Notes: generated by a model not told the origin, from the letters alone. Shown: positions 14,521 through 28,685, numbered from the stretch's first letter. The stretch is 64,000 nucleotides of DNA from Octopus vulgaris (GCA_951406725.2 OX597836.1:39060001-39124000), one strand, 5' to 3'. Numbers and translations are program-made.

Positions 14521-16591
14521 TTCTATGTTTGACTTTTGCTTTATATTTGTACAAGTTGGCTCCAAGTCTCACCCAGAGACCTCAAGAGACAACAGGGTTG
14601 GAAGTTCATGTTGTTGTTATGCCTAGTGTGCCATATATTTGGGGGGTGGGGATGTTGTACTAATGAATGTCTAAAAAAAAAAAGTTTTTTTTTTTTTTTT
14701 TTTAAACCGAAAATTATGTTTGTTTTAAACCTTGAGATTACATAGAGAGTATTTTGCGTAGGATATGAGCAGTTCCCATGAGCACTATCTTTTGAACTTC
14801 TGCCATTTTTGGGTTTCCTGGTATCTGAGTTAGGTAGCTATCAGCCCCTTTTGCTATCATTCCCAGGGCACCTATGACAACAGGTATTGTTTTAGTCTTC
14901 AGCTTCCACATTTTGCTGATTTCTATTTCAAGATCTTTATATTTGCTCAGTTTTTGGTAGGTCTTGACAGATACGTTTATATCGATTGGGACAGTCATAT
15001 CAATGAGGAGGCATGTTCTTTGTTTGAAGTTTTTCAATATGATGTCTGGCCTATTTGCATCTATCTTCCTGTCAGTTTGAATGGTGAAGTTCCAGAGGAG
15101 TGAGATGTGGTCATTTTCAAGCACTGGGGGTGGTTTGTGTTCCCACCAGTTTTTTTCATGGGGCAAATCCAGGTTTTTACAGATTACCCAGTGAATATAT
15201 TGTGCAGCTCTATCGTGCCTGTTGAGATACTCTGTAGGCGCTAGAAGACTGCACTTGGAGACCACATGGTCAATGGTTTCATTTTGTTGCTTGCATACAC
15301 GACACGTTGGACTGCTTCTGATCTTTAATATGTTGGCCTGGTAGTTTCTTGTTGGTAGGCATTGATCTTGAGCTGCTATGATAAACCCCTCTGTTTCAGA
15401 TTTTAAGCCAGAGGCCATTAGCCATTGATGGGTCAGGGCTTTGTCGATATCTGCATTATTCGCTCTCTTTGGGTATTTGCCATAGAGAGGTTTTTCTTGC
15501 CATTTATTATTCAGAATATCTAAGGCCGCAGTTTTGGCACGGGTTTTCATGCGCCTAGCTTTTTCTGTGCTTGTTTCTTGTATATCTATCTCTAATTCCG
15601 AAATTGGTTGTATTCGGAATTCACTTAGATATTCCTTTGCCTGTTTTGTGACTGAGTATGATGCTTTCTTGTTTTCATGTTTTGAGACAAGTTTTAGCAT
15701 CCAGTCCTCAGAGTTTTTCAGGTAGGTGTCTAGGCCAATTGTAGCAATCTTCATTGTTATTGCCAGTTGCAAAAGACCACGGCCTCCTCTTTTCTTGGCA
15801 GATAGAGTCGTTCTGTATCTGCCTTAGGGTGGTGCATTCTATGCATTGTCAACAGTTTCCTTATTTTTCTGTCGAGCTGACATATTTCAGTAATTGACCA
15901 GTTAACAATATTGAAACTGTAAGTCACGACTGGTATAGCTAATGCATTGATTGCTTCGATCCTGTTTCTTGCATTCAGCTCTGTCTTGAGTATTGCTCTC
16001 ACTCTTCGATAGCATTCTCTCCTGATCCTTTCCTTCATCTCTGAATGCCTTATTCCGTTCCCTTCAATTATCCCTAGGTACTTGTAGCTCTCCGCTGGGT
16101 CTAGTTCTTTTATGACATTCTGTTGGTCAAGGTTAACGTTAGATGTTTCTGTCATTTTTCCTTTGATAAAGGTAGCCTTTGCACATTTATCGAGGCCGAA
16201 TTGCATTCTGATGTCGTCACTGAATTGTTTGACTATCGCTAGTAAGCCCTTGAGTTGTTGATCATTTTTTGCAAAAAGCTTTAAATCATCCATGTAAACG
16301 AGATGATTTATATTTTTATCAAACATTTTATACCCGTACTGCGCATCATTGAGCAGCTTTGAGAGAGGTATTAAGGATAAACAAAAGAGGAGTGGTGACA
16401 GTGAGTCACCCTGGAAAATGCCACACGAAATTTTTACATCACCAGCATTTAGGGATTCACTGTCACTGTTCAGAGTTAGTGTGGTTCTCCATGATCTCAT
16501 ACTTACAGTCAAGAAGTTTCGCAGAGTTGGTGCTATCTTATACATTTCAAGGCATTTCCTAATCCAGCTATGTGGTAGGCTATCAAAAGCC

Positions 16592-16593
<2 letters not shown>
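14521..16593 (-). mobile_element. 5'-truncated non-LTR retrotransposon, RT + restriction-like endonuclease (Dong/R4-type)
   Basis: RT and RLE motifs, 3' UTR at 14521-14737, both ends fused to (TTA)n on the plus strand. Confidence 0.92.
14738..16593 (-). pseudogene. RT-zinc knuckle-RLE ORF, 5'-truncated, one frameshift near 15785
   Basis: KAFDSLPH, GIFQGDSLSPLLF, YMDDLKL, YKYLG, then LPRKE/GGRGL broken by a frameshift, CRVC..ETIDHVVSKC (CCHC), RHD, RPDI..IDMTVP..KLSKY (PD-D/ExK-type nuclease). Confidence 0.92.
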
Positions 16594-16670
<77 letters not shown>

Positions 16671-16708
16671 AGTTCTTAACTGATAAATATATATATATAT
16701 ATATATAT

Positions 16709-16948
16709 AATAATATGTTACATTACTCGATAGTCAAGATAAAACTCTGAGTTTCAGATACCGAAGTGGGAATCCATGCCGCCAGATAACCGAAAAGATG
16801 GCGGCGTGGATTCCCACTTCGGCATCTGAAACTCAGAGTTTTATCTTGACTATCGAGTAATGTAACATATTATTTTATAGATAAATTTCCTCTATTTACA
16901 CAATATTGAGGTCTCTTTCTTTCTTTTGTTATCTTACAGTTTTACCAA
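16709..16948. mobile_element. Fold-back element (76-bp arms, 16709-16874) with decayed hammerhead at 16785-16845 (+)
   Basis: Near-perfect inverted repeat; GATAA-CCGAAAA-GATG..CATC-T-GAAAC-TCAGA-GTT-TTATC; flank homologous to 8850-8920 in the opposite orientation; in (TA)n. Confidence 0.75.
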
Positions 16949-17219
16949 TATATATATATATATATATTAAAATCTTAGGGTAGCAAGAATATTTTTATCG
17001 AAAAAATTCTGAGTTACCAGTGGTCTAGCGAGAAGGAAAAATTAGTCAATAGACTATACATTATTCAGAGAAGAATAGAGTGTACATTCAAACCCAAAAG
17101 AGATACCGAAAGAATAGGATATCTGACTCACTAGAAAGAGCAGTTAAACTCCAAGCCACTAATTGTTGTAATTCTGAAAGTGATTGAAAAATAAAAACTT
17201 TTACCATATATATATCTAT

Positions 17220-17760
<541 letters not shown>

Positions 17761-17764
17761 TATA

Positions 17765-17940
17765 TGGTCACAGGACGTCACCAACTGTGCAAACAACATG
17801 AAATACGTAAAAACAGGACAAGTAAACACAGCTGCCGGCTGTCTATCTACTCATTTCGGGCATTCAACGACAATATGAGTCTTCAAAGACAGTTGCTCCC
17901 ATAAATTCTAAAATAAAATTTAGGATTTGTTGGGAACAAA
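17765..17940. repeat. TA-associated dispersed repeat (family D; also 34370-34700, 39995-40500, 59103-59150)
   Basis: Shared CAGGACGTCA.. start and CAACGACAATATGAGTCTTC..GACAGTTG block. Confidence 0.6.
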
Positions 17941-17998
17941 TGTATACTGCTCTCTAACTTAGAATGTGCCTATTTCTTCGAATTTATGCTTTTACAAA

Positions 17999-18065
<67 letters not shown>

Positions 18066-18169
18066 AAGTACTGGGTTTACAAAGAATGAGTACTGTTCAA
18101 CTAAAGGCGGTGCTCCAGCATGGCCGCAGTCAACTTACTGAAACAAATAAAAGAATAAAAGAATATAGA

Positions 18170-19837
18170 CTGTTTTTTTTTCTCCTCAACCATCCTTTTG
18201 AAAACACTCTACAGATGTTCTAGTGGATTTAAATCAGATGACATGGTAGGCCAAAGCAATATCTTCACCGTTTTTATCTCATAAAATCTTCGTCGTCATC
18301 TCTGAAGTGTGTTTAGGGTCATTATCATGTTGGAACACGGAATGTCTTCCTAGTTCCTTGATGCTCTTCAACATTGTTTTCTGCAATATGTCACAATAAA
18401 GCCTTGAATCCGCTGTTCTCTCAATAAATATGAGTCCTCCCACACCAGCTGCACTCATGCATCCACAAAGCATAACACTTCCACGCTGTGTTTCACGGTA
18501 GGCACGGTGTGTTTCTCACTATTATCTTCACCTGGTCGTCGCCATACACGTCTAATACCTATTTCTTTACTACCCACAAGGGGCTAAACATAGAGGGGAC
18601 AAACAAGGACAGACAAACGGATTGAGTCGATTAGATCGACTCCAGCGTATAACTGGTGCTTATGTAGTCGATCCCGAAAGGATGAAAGGCAAACTAGACC
18701 TCGGCGGAATTTGAACTCAGCACGTAGCTGCAGGCGAAATACCTATTTCTTTATTGCCCACAAGGGGCTAAACACAGAGTGGACAAACAAGGACAGACAA
18801 ATGGATTAACTCGATTATATCGACCCCAGTGCGTAACTGGTACTTATTTAATCGACCCCGTAAGGGTGAAAGGCAAAGTCGACCTCGGCGGAATTTGAAC
18901 TCAGAACGTAACGGCAGACGAAATTCCGCTAAGTATTTCGCCCGACGTGCTAACGTTTCTGCCAGCTCGCCGCCTTACACGTTTAATACCAAACAAGTTA
19001 ATTTTAGTTTCGTCAGAAAAAAAAATTCCAAAATTCCTTTCCTTTACTCATATAGGTTTCGGCAAACGAAAGACCGCTTGATTTATGCCTGATAGTGAAG
19101 AAAGGCTTCCTACGAGGAATGCGTCAGGAAGACCACACTGGTTCAAACTTTGGTGAAGTGTTTGGGCAGATACACTCTTTCCACTAACAGAAGACGCTTG
19201 TTGGGCCAAAGATGAAGCGGTACGACGCCTGTCATTCCATCACGCGACGTTGGATGTGGTGAATGTCACGTGCAGTGTAAATAGAAAGATGACCCGGATG
19301 ATGTTTAATGCTTAGCCGTCCAGTGGCTTTGTACTTTTGAATTACATTGGCAACAGCGTTTACGCTAACATGAATTCGTTTGCTAATTAACTTGTATCCT
19401 AAACCATTCTTGTGCAAATTAGAAAATAATTTTTTAAAAGATCTTCAGACAATTCTTTTCTTCTTGGTGCCATTTTAATCACAATGAAGAATCCCTGTTG
19501 ATGCAATAACAATGACAGGCGCAAAAATGCCAGGAGAAATAATTTATTAGAATTGAAATTATCAACAATATCTGAATTTAGTAAAAAAAAAATTGGATAA
19601 AATATTGAATATAGCAAGTAATCCTTTAGGGTGTACATATTTTTGTATAGTCTGAAAATTAATATTTCGTTCATATCTTTGAAAATGTTTATTGTTTTTA
19701 TTCCAAATTTGTTTAAAATTTGCATGTATAATATATTTTATTCAGTATAAATTTCGTTTGATTTTCTCTGATATTATCAGAGTAATGGCTATTTTAGTGA
19801 AAATTCTTAAGTGTGTATATACTTCTGTAAGATACTG
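18170..19837 (-). mobile_element. Decayed Tc1-like DNA transposon with nested SINE dimer
   Basis: MAPRRKELSEDL..KNGLGYKLISK (HTH), FSDETK, VWRRPGE..PTVKH..VML.GCMSAAGVG, FQHDNDPKHTS, WPTMSSDLNPLEHL; TIR begins CAGT at 19837, followed by TA. Confidence 0.85.
18560..18976 (-). mobile_element. Family B SINE head-to-tail dimer
   Basis: Two tandem units; 14-bp TSD ACACGT(C/T)TAATACC at 18546-18559 and 18977-18990. Confidence 0.85.
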
Positions 19838-20106
19838 TATATACAGATTGCCCAGTGGGAGATACTGGTATATTCTTAATCGGTATTAAGCTACAAGAGT
19901 TAACTTAGGGCTGAGAGGTTTGTGCAAGGCCCTTATCAAGGGATAACAAAGATGCCCACTGTTGTTGTTTGTCCCTTCTTGACAAAATTTATATACACGA
20001 GTGAATTTGGATATGTTGACTACCTTGTGTTAGGTTTCGATGGCGCTTGGTCGAAGATGCAACGGGTAGGTTTTTTTAGTATTTTCAAATTTATAATTAT
20101 CGAAAT

Positions 20107-20162
20107 ATTATGTTGATGAAGGAAATGAATTTATATTTCTAATCCAGAAACGCGTCCATAAT
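20107..20162 (+). ncRNA. Degenerate minimal hammerhead motif
   Basis: ATTATG-TTGATGA (C3U)-A-GGA..TCC-A-GAAAC-GC-GTC-CATAAT; followed by the conserved GCTATTTC..GTATGTGG module at about 20255-20335. Confidence 0.6.
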
Positions 20163-20629
20163 TAATCGAAGACTGTTTCATTTCGTTATATTTTCTTCTT
20201 TTTGCCTATGTGAGTTACAAACATTGTTGTCTGTGGAAACATATTTGTAGTGAAAAGAATTAGCTGTCTTTTAGCTGCTATTTCTAAATTTCCGGTATGT
20301 GGTGAAGCAACCTGTTGCTAAACTCTTAATTATATTTATAAAATGAATAAATAAATAAATATATATATATATATATGTGTGTGTATGTGTGTGTATGTAT
20401 GTGCGTGCGTATTTGTCCAGAGTTGCCTCTCTGCGGTATATGCTATTGATAACGACTAAAGAACTAGAAACATATCTGGGAATCCGACAGGAGGCAGCAC
20501 TGGACAAATATAGTGTTTTTACACCTTTTTACTATAAGAGATAATTTTTATCTCCATGGTAACTGCAGTGAATTTGCCTTTCGTAAATGAAATATGTCAC
20601 AAACATATTTTAACGAACCTAAAGTTCGC

Positions 20630-21576
20630 ATATACATACATACATACATACATACATACATACATACATACATACATACATACATACATACACACATACA
20701 TACATACATACATACATACATACATACATACATACATACATACACACATACATATACACATACATATACATACATATATTATATATATATATACGCCTGT
20801 GACTGTATGTGTGCATTTGTATTTGAAGATAACTTCTGTCAATAGTTACATACAGATAAAAAAGCAACGTACTGAAAGACTGATGAGTATATACGCGCAT
20901 ACAGACTTTCCCCCACATACATTTATATACAAATATACGTGTGTGTATAAGTACTTGACACACACACAGACACGTACACCATGCACACACATAAATTCAT
21001 ACATACATACACACACATACGTGCATACACACATACATACATACATACATACATACATACATACATACACACACATACATACTTATATACCAACATACAT
21101 ACACACGCACATAGATAATACATATATATACATAGACACACATACATACATGAATACATACATATATACACATGCATACACACATATACACACACACATA
21201 ATACATGCATATATACATACATAAATGCACGCATACATACGTATAAACACACATACATACACACATATACACGCACACCATGCACACACATAAATTCATA
21301 CATACATAGACACACGTACATGCATACACACAGACATACATACATACACACACATACAAAATTATATACCAACATACATACACACGCACATAGATAATAC
21401 ATATATACATACACACACATACATACATGAATACATACATATATACACATGCATACACACATATACACACACACATAATACATGCATATATACATACATA
21501 AATACACGCATACATACGTATAAACACACATACATACACACATATACATACACACATACATACATACATACATACA

Positions 21577-21610
<34 letters not shown>

Positions 21611-21989
21611 CAGACATACATACATACAGCCATACAGACATACATAGACAACTACATACATTTACAGTAAATGACTAAATGCGTGGTTTTGCTTATAAAC
21701 AAGGTCGTACGCCAGCTTCAATTAAATGGAAATATATCTGCATCGAGTCAGAAGTAACAAACGAAAACAAAGTAAATAAGGCGTTGTTGCTAAGCAACGT
21801 TTCCTACAAAACATTTGTACCACCACTGACGGAGAGGGTTTTAATTTGTTCTCTGTTTGCACAGAGCCATGCTTTGCTAGGAACCACACAGTAAGTAATA
21901 CATACAAACATACATGCATGCATACATATACACGCACATGCATACACACACATACGTATATTAGTACACACACATACATATATACATAC

Positions 21990-22034
<45 letters not shown>

Positions 22035-22455
22035 TATATACATGCAAACAAATGTACGTGTTGATGCTTACATATAAACATATATATACATATATGTGTA
22101 TGTATACATATATGTGTGTGTGAGTGTGTGTGTGTGTGTGTGTGTGCATACATACAAACAAATGTACATGCTGATGCTTACATATATAGACATTTATACA
22201 TACATATATTTGTGTATATATATATATATATATTTATACATATACATACATAGATACATACATACATATACACATACATACAAACATATATACATGTTGA
22301 TGTTTACATATAAATGCATTTATACATACATGCACACTCACAAACACACACATATATGTACATACATATGTACATACATATGTACATACATACAAACGTA
22401 TATACATGTGTGCAACACATATGCATATACAAAGACATCTCTATGTGTGTGTATG
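20630..22455. repeat. (TACA)n/(CA)n/(TA)n compound repeats with an internal duplication of about 300 bp (20970-21540)
   Basis: CACCATGCACACACATAAATTCATAC recurs at about 20977 and 21276. Confidence 0.9.
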
Positions 22456-24117
22456 TGCGTCTCAAGGCGCGTGACCTAAAATTTTGGACGTTTAACTCAT
22501 AATGATAATAGTTGTGGGTTCGATTCTTGAACTAAGTTTAATCCTACAAGGACTAACATTTCAATGAAGGACAACTTAGAACCACAAGAACACAAGATAG
22601 AAAAGTTCAGAGTAAATATGTACAGAGTAAAGACAAATTCAGAGTAAATACGTACATGAAATATACACAACCCATCGTCAGCTGCCCAAGGAATATCGTT
22701 ATGGTTTTGACACCTGAGCGGTACCATTCAATCTGTAACTGCCAACGGCGTTAAAATTATGAAAGCTGCCTGTGAATTAAGCGACAAGAAAGAGGGGTCA
22801 AATAAAGCAATATGTCAATTACGTCTACACCTGCTTGGATTGAACTGGATTGGATTGGTCTAGATTGCCTATGTCCAGTCTACCGTAGGACGAAGATCTC
22901 AGCATGTTCCTCCAACAGAAAGTGGCATGTGATCACACTGGTTTAATGAGTTTACTCTGCCACACTGGCTTGATGGATATTTAAAACTAATACTCAAGAT
23001 CAGTTAAGTCGATTACATCAGCCCCAGTTCTCAACTGGTACTTACTTTATTGACCACCGAAAGGACGAAAAGCAAAGTTAACATCGGTGGAATTTGATCT
23101 CTAAACGTAAAGACGGACGAAATACCACTGAACATTTCGCTCGGTGTGGTAACTATCCTGCCAGATCGCCCGTTTATTGTTACAAAACACAAATACAAGC
23201 ATTAAAATTTCAAACACAAACCATCACACAGCTATAGATGTAATGCATAAAAATTTTAAAGTTAAATATGGAAAACTGAAAAACTGTTTCTGCACCTAAT
23301 TATATTTTGTGTTCTGGATTATCTTTTACAATTGCACCTTGATATAAATGCATGATCAACCGATGAAAGAGCGTCGTACATGTGTGGCCGATGTGACAGT
23401 TGGGGTTATGAAGTTTATAACTTTTATGCCTACATCGAAATTTGTCTCGTACATTAGTTTCTCTGCCATACGTTTCATGATCTGCGAGTTTGTGATTTCG
23501 TGTTCAGGAGGAGGTTTTTCATTAGGTACCGTACCATTATTCATAATGACGTTTGATCATGCAATTCGATGCTAGATGACACCCAAACTATTGATCTTAA
23601 AACCTGGAAACTACTAAATACCACCGGGAATGTTCCTATCAATAATAATGATATTGACCGTCACTGCGGTAAATATCACCAAAACGAAACCAAAAAACAG
23701 ATGATTGAAATGGATTCAAAGGCATTTTGAATGTCACGAAAAATCTATAGCACCTATTTACACTCAATCAAAATAAGCGGTCAAGGAATAAACGTTTTAG
23801 CTCCGGACAGAGTGAGAACGAGAGAGAGAGAGTAGAGCGTGAAAAACTGAATGCAAACGCTATCGATCTTGTAGCCTATTCTAGAATATCGTTTTGTCAC
23901 ATCTCATCGATCTAGTGACCTATTCTGGGATATCATTTTGATACCCCATATCAATTTTATGAATGATACAGCGGCATTATATCAACACACTGTGGCCAAT
24001 ACTAATTCATACTCACACAATACTTTAATATAACATCGATATACTGTACAAGATATCGGCTCAATATAAGACGGATTAGTAGGATGAGTGGTAAAAATGT
24101 CCGTTAAAATCGCATTC

Positions 24118-24270
24118 GGAGGCACATGGCCTAGTGGTTAGAGCAGCGGACTCGCGGTCGAGGGATCGCGGGTTCAAATCTCAGACCGGGCGATGTGTGT
24201 GTTTATGAGCGAAATACCTAACTTTCACGCAGAAGGTAATGGCGAACTGCTGCTGACTCTTTCGCCACAA
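24118..24270 (+). mobile_element. Family A SINE, 5' half
   Basis: tRNA-like head matching the copy at 758-1060. Confidence 0.8.
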
Positions 24271-24852
24271 CAGATGCACGCACGCTCGCACACACACAGA
24301 CACACACGCACGCACATCTGAACATCACATTCCTTCCTGGAGCGAAAACGAAAAACATGGACAAGGAAAATAAACCGATGGCTTGCTTTGAACGTTTGCA
24401 AAATAGCGAATCTGCTAAAGGCTACAAAGGGACCAAATGGTGGTGCCAAAAACGAGTGGCGTGATAGACTTACCATCTTACTAAAAAGGAAGCCAAGGGT
24501 CGCGGGGTAGCTCAAAAACCGTGCAGCGAAACAGACGTACCACGCAAAATCTGATGCAACACACAGAGCCGTGCTCGCGTCCACTCGCATACGCTTACAC
24601 ATAAGACGGCAGAGTTGTTTGGAAATAAAACTGTGTAACTGCATCATTAGAATAATCGATATGGAAAGTCACCAGACATATGGCTAAATCGATTGTTTAT
24701 TGAGACGAACTCTTTCCTGTTGATCACAAAACTAATCTTCTCCAAATATTTCATTTAACAAATGTCTTTCAATGGACTGCCTTTAATACTACTCTAGCTG
24801 TTGTAGTAGTAGTTGTTGTTGGTGTTGTTGTTGGTGTTGTTGTTGTTGTTAA

Positions 24853-25141
24853 CGCGGCGAGCCAGCAGAATCGCTAGCACGCCGGGCGAAATGCTTAGCC
24901 GTATTTCGTCTGCCGTTACGTTCTGAGTTCAAATTCCGCCGAGGTCGACTTTGCCTTTCATCCTTTCGGGGTCGATAAATTAAGTACCAGTTACGCACTG
25001 GGGTCGATATAATCGATTTAATACCTATGTCTGTCCATGTTTGTCCCCTCTATGTTTAGCCCCTTGTGGGTAATAAAGAAATAGGTATTTTGCTCAACTC
25101 TACGTTCTGAGTTCAAATTCCGCCGAGGTCGACTTTGCCTC
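24853..25141 (+). mobile_element. Family B SINE plus partial second unit
   Basis: Full copy, then AAAGAAATAGGTATTT junction into a second unit. Confidence 0.85.
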
Positions 25142-25249
25142 CCCCTTCTTCTTCTTCTTCTTCTTCTTCTTCTTCTTCTTCTTCTTCTTCTTCTTCTTCT
25201 TCTTCTTCTTCTTCTTCTTCTTCTTCTTCATATTATTATTATTATTTAT

Positions 25250-25828
25250 TGTCTTTGCACAACTTCTAACCCTGGAGATGTACTACAGTGTCAGCTGTTT
25301 ACTATCGGTGAACTAAGATAACACCTCTTATTTTTCGAGCACCATCCGGAGTATTCGAGCAGTTTCAAGCAGTGCTGTCTTCTCCAAGTGCTCCACCCTT
25401 GTTGCAGCCCCTATTTGTTCCATGTACTTCTCCAGATTTTTCTCACTGTTCCCAGGGCTCCAACACTTATTGGTACAACTACCACCTTTTTCATCGACCA
25501 CAACTGCTTAACCTTCTAAGTTAACCCGTCATATCTATTGACTTTTCTTTCTTCCTTATCGTATACCTTGTGATCAGCTGGGCATCTTATATCTATGACC
25601 CAGCATCGTTTGCTTTCTTTCTCAATTAACACTATGTCTGGCTTCCTATTCTCTATCTCAAGGTCACATTGAATCATAAAATCCCATAGGATCCTTGCAT
25701 TATCATTTTCGATGATGCATTCGGGTTTATGTTCATACCACGTTTTTGCTCTGTCAAGTTCATACTTATAGCAAAGTGTCCAATGGACAATCCTTGCTAT
25801 GTTGTCATGACGTCTCTTATATTCTTTC
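25250..25828 (-). mobile_element. Dong/R4-type LINE 3' fragment (third, diverged subfamily)
   Basis: Minus strand translation RRHDNIARIVHW..WYEHKP..ILWDF..RKPDIVLI..IDIRCP..VGALGTV..KTALLETARILRMVLEK*, with an internal stop; (TTA)n on both sides. Confidence 0.85.
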
Positions 25829-26120
<292 letters not shown>

Positions 26121-26961
26121 TTTATAGCAGGTCATTTTCTGTTATTCATCCTTTCTATTTAACTGCTTAGATATTCTCTTTCTTTTTTTCAACAACGTAA
26201 GCAATTGATCATAAAATGTTATTTCATATTTTTTATTTCACTTAATGCTTCCAACAGAGTTTCTTCTTGTTTATTTTTTCTTCTTTTTTATCCTGTGTTT
26301 CTGTCTGAATTCAAATTTCCGTCTGTATGCTTAATTTGTCGTTGGGAAACGTGTTTGTCAATGGTGGTGCAAGAACCAGTGGCGCGAACATCTCTTTTAT
26401 GTCACATCTGCGATAGCAGTCTTGTAAAATATTGCAATAATGGAACTGACGCTTAAAATGGCTGAAAGTCCTTATGTGAAGTCCAAGGAATTGCTCTACT
26501 TCTATTTCGTTCGTGTGTCTTGGCCCCGATGATAGCCAGAGCCGAACCAAAGGCAAATAGAATCGTTTCTTCCTCAATAACCCCAGCGCTATGGGCCGAT
26601 GACGTTGGCCACCGACATGCTGAAGAGGCCACCTCCTTCAGCATAGGGCTTTTCAGAGGAACGGAGCAACAGTTTCATTGTATCATCTTGCGGCAATAAA
26701 AAATATGAACCCTGGAGAGACGTGTGAAACAGTTAAAAGGGTAAAGTAAAATATAAATAAAACTTAACTGAACTCTACTAAAATAAGAGAAGATTTTCAT
26801 GAAGCCATATCTTCTCGAGAACAAGAATTTAACGGTTGTGTGAGCTGCCAGCGAGAATCTGACAGAAATACTTAGTAACATGAAGGAGGATAACGCTAAA
26901 TCTGTACCGAGCGATGAAAAAATAGTGAGAGAGGAAGTCTGTCCCTCAAAACCACACAACA

Positions 26962-27419
26962 AATTTAGGATCTTTTCGGTTTGAACGGCAGTTTTTTCTA
27001 GCGGTGTCATATGAAATTGTCACCCATAATTATGACCCTAGTATCGATCTATTGCATTTCAATCTGTTTTAGGGTTAGGGTTAGTTAGAGTTAGGGTTAG
27101 GATTAGGGTTAGGGGTGGGGGCAAGGGTATCTTTTTTTCTTCAGAAATGTAAATAAACCCAATCTGTTTTTTAAACGAGGGACATATTCATACGGAACAG
27201 AAAGTTTTCACCTCAATAGACGTCATTGATTGGTTGAAATTGCAAAAATTGAAGAATAAACAACAACAAATATCTTACAAAGTATAGAATTTTCTCAATA
27301 AAGCCAAGAGAAAAAGATGTTTTATAAACACATTCTTCCAGTATACGAAGTTTAAAAGTGTTTAGTTACGTGGAAATCATTTTTAAAAACTGCCGTTCAA
27401 ACCGAAAAGATCCTAAATT
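26962..27419. mobile_element. Non-autonomous TIR element (MITE) with internal TTAGGG repeats
   Basis: Perfect inverted repeat AATTTAGGATCTTTTCGGTTTGAACGGCAGTTTTT at 26962-26996 and 27385-27419; (TTAGGG)-like run at about 27068-27114. Confidence 0.85.
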
Positions 27420-27657
27420 CATTTTAAGCTAATGGACGAACCTCTGCGGTATATCGGTGGTGTCAAATTCAGAGAATATAGTTTGCAAAAAGAGCCAAAA
27501 GTGATGAGCTGTGGGAAACACTATTCTTCCTTGGTAGATGTATCTGCTTCTCATATTGTGTAAATGAATCATACTTGTTCGATTATTCCCTGAATGTTTA
27601 ATGTAAGTTAGCCTACGGGATTACGTTTCTACCTCATCTCACTCACGTGTGCGTATG

Positions 27658-27703
<46 letters not shown>

Positions 27704-27723
27704 CATGTATGTGTGTGTGTGCA

Positions 27724-27812
<89 letters not shown>

Positions 27813-28024
27813 CTGTGTGTGTGTTTTGTAAGACTCGATATTAATATGTTTCAAAAACTGGCTGGGCTCTGCAGTTGATTCCACATCCTACTTCATTACG
27901 TTTTGACGATAATCGACAATTCAAGTCTCCAAAGAGGCTGGCGAATGAAACAAGAGCCACATAATACTAATAATGAAACACAGAAAACGCAATTGGCATT
28001 TTAGGATTTATATAATATGATATG

Positions 28025-28280
28025 AAGGCGCGTGACCAAGTTGTTAGGTATGTTACACTCATGATCGTGATATAGCGGTTTCAATTCCCAGACCGGTTGC
28101 GCGTTGTGTCCTTAAGCAAAACACTTCGTTTCACATTGTTCCGGTCCACTCAACTGTAAATGTGTAACGCTGCGTTGGAGAAGCATTCCGATCAAGAGCG
28201 GGGTGGGATCATTCGAAAGCTAAAACGATGCAAAGCGCATTGTGACCAGCGTTATATAACAACATTCGATAGTCTGGTTT
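28025..28280 (+). mobile_element. Old family-A-related SINE
   Basis: Degenerate tRNA-like head similar to 637-757. Confidence 0.6.
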
Positions 28281-28497
28281 GTCAAGCGATCACGTAATAT
28301 AATATCATACTGGTGCATTATAAACTAGATTGTCATTATTACATGAGGTGACAGACTATTCCATCCATCCACTCACTTCCTTGGCATTCAAAGTGCCGAG
28401 GAAGTGTATAGATGGAATTGTGAAATACAACCAATTGCGTTATGTAATAATGACAGTCCGGTTGGAGAAACACGTCTATAATATTTATATAAAGCGT

Positions 28498-28685
28498 AAG
28501 GCGGCAAAATGACAGAATCGTTAGCACCCCGAGGAAAATGCTTATCAGCATTTCATCCGTCTTTACGTTCTGAGTTCAAATTCCACAAAGTTGACTTTGC
28601 ATTTCATCCTTTCGGGGTAGATAAATTAAGTAACAGTTAGTCCAGCCCCAAAATTTCAGGCCGTGTGCCAATAGTAGAAAGGAAT
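28498..28685 (+). mobile_element. Degenerate family B SINE
   Basis: TACGTTCTGAGTTCAAATTCC..TTTCATCCTTTCGGGG. Confidence 0.7.

Noticed and set aside
23356-23544. 62-aa complex ORF MNNGTVPNEKPPP.. as a possible host exon
   Set aside because: No recognisable motif, in-frame stop just upstream, no supporting neighbouring exons.
26617-26645. Hairpin ATGCTGAAG-AGG..CCT-C-CTTCAGCAT containing CTGAAGA
   Set aside because: The motif is sequestered in a simple hairpin with no GAAA; single occurrence, no assignable function.
27068-27114. True telomere or chromosome-fusion scar
   Set aside because: Short, degenerate and enclosed within a TIR element.
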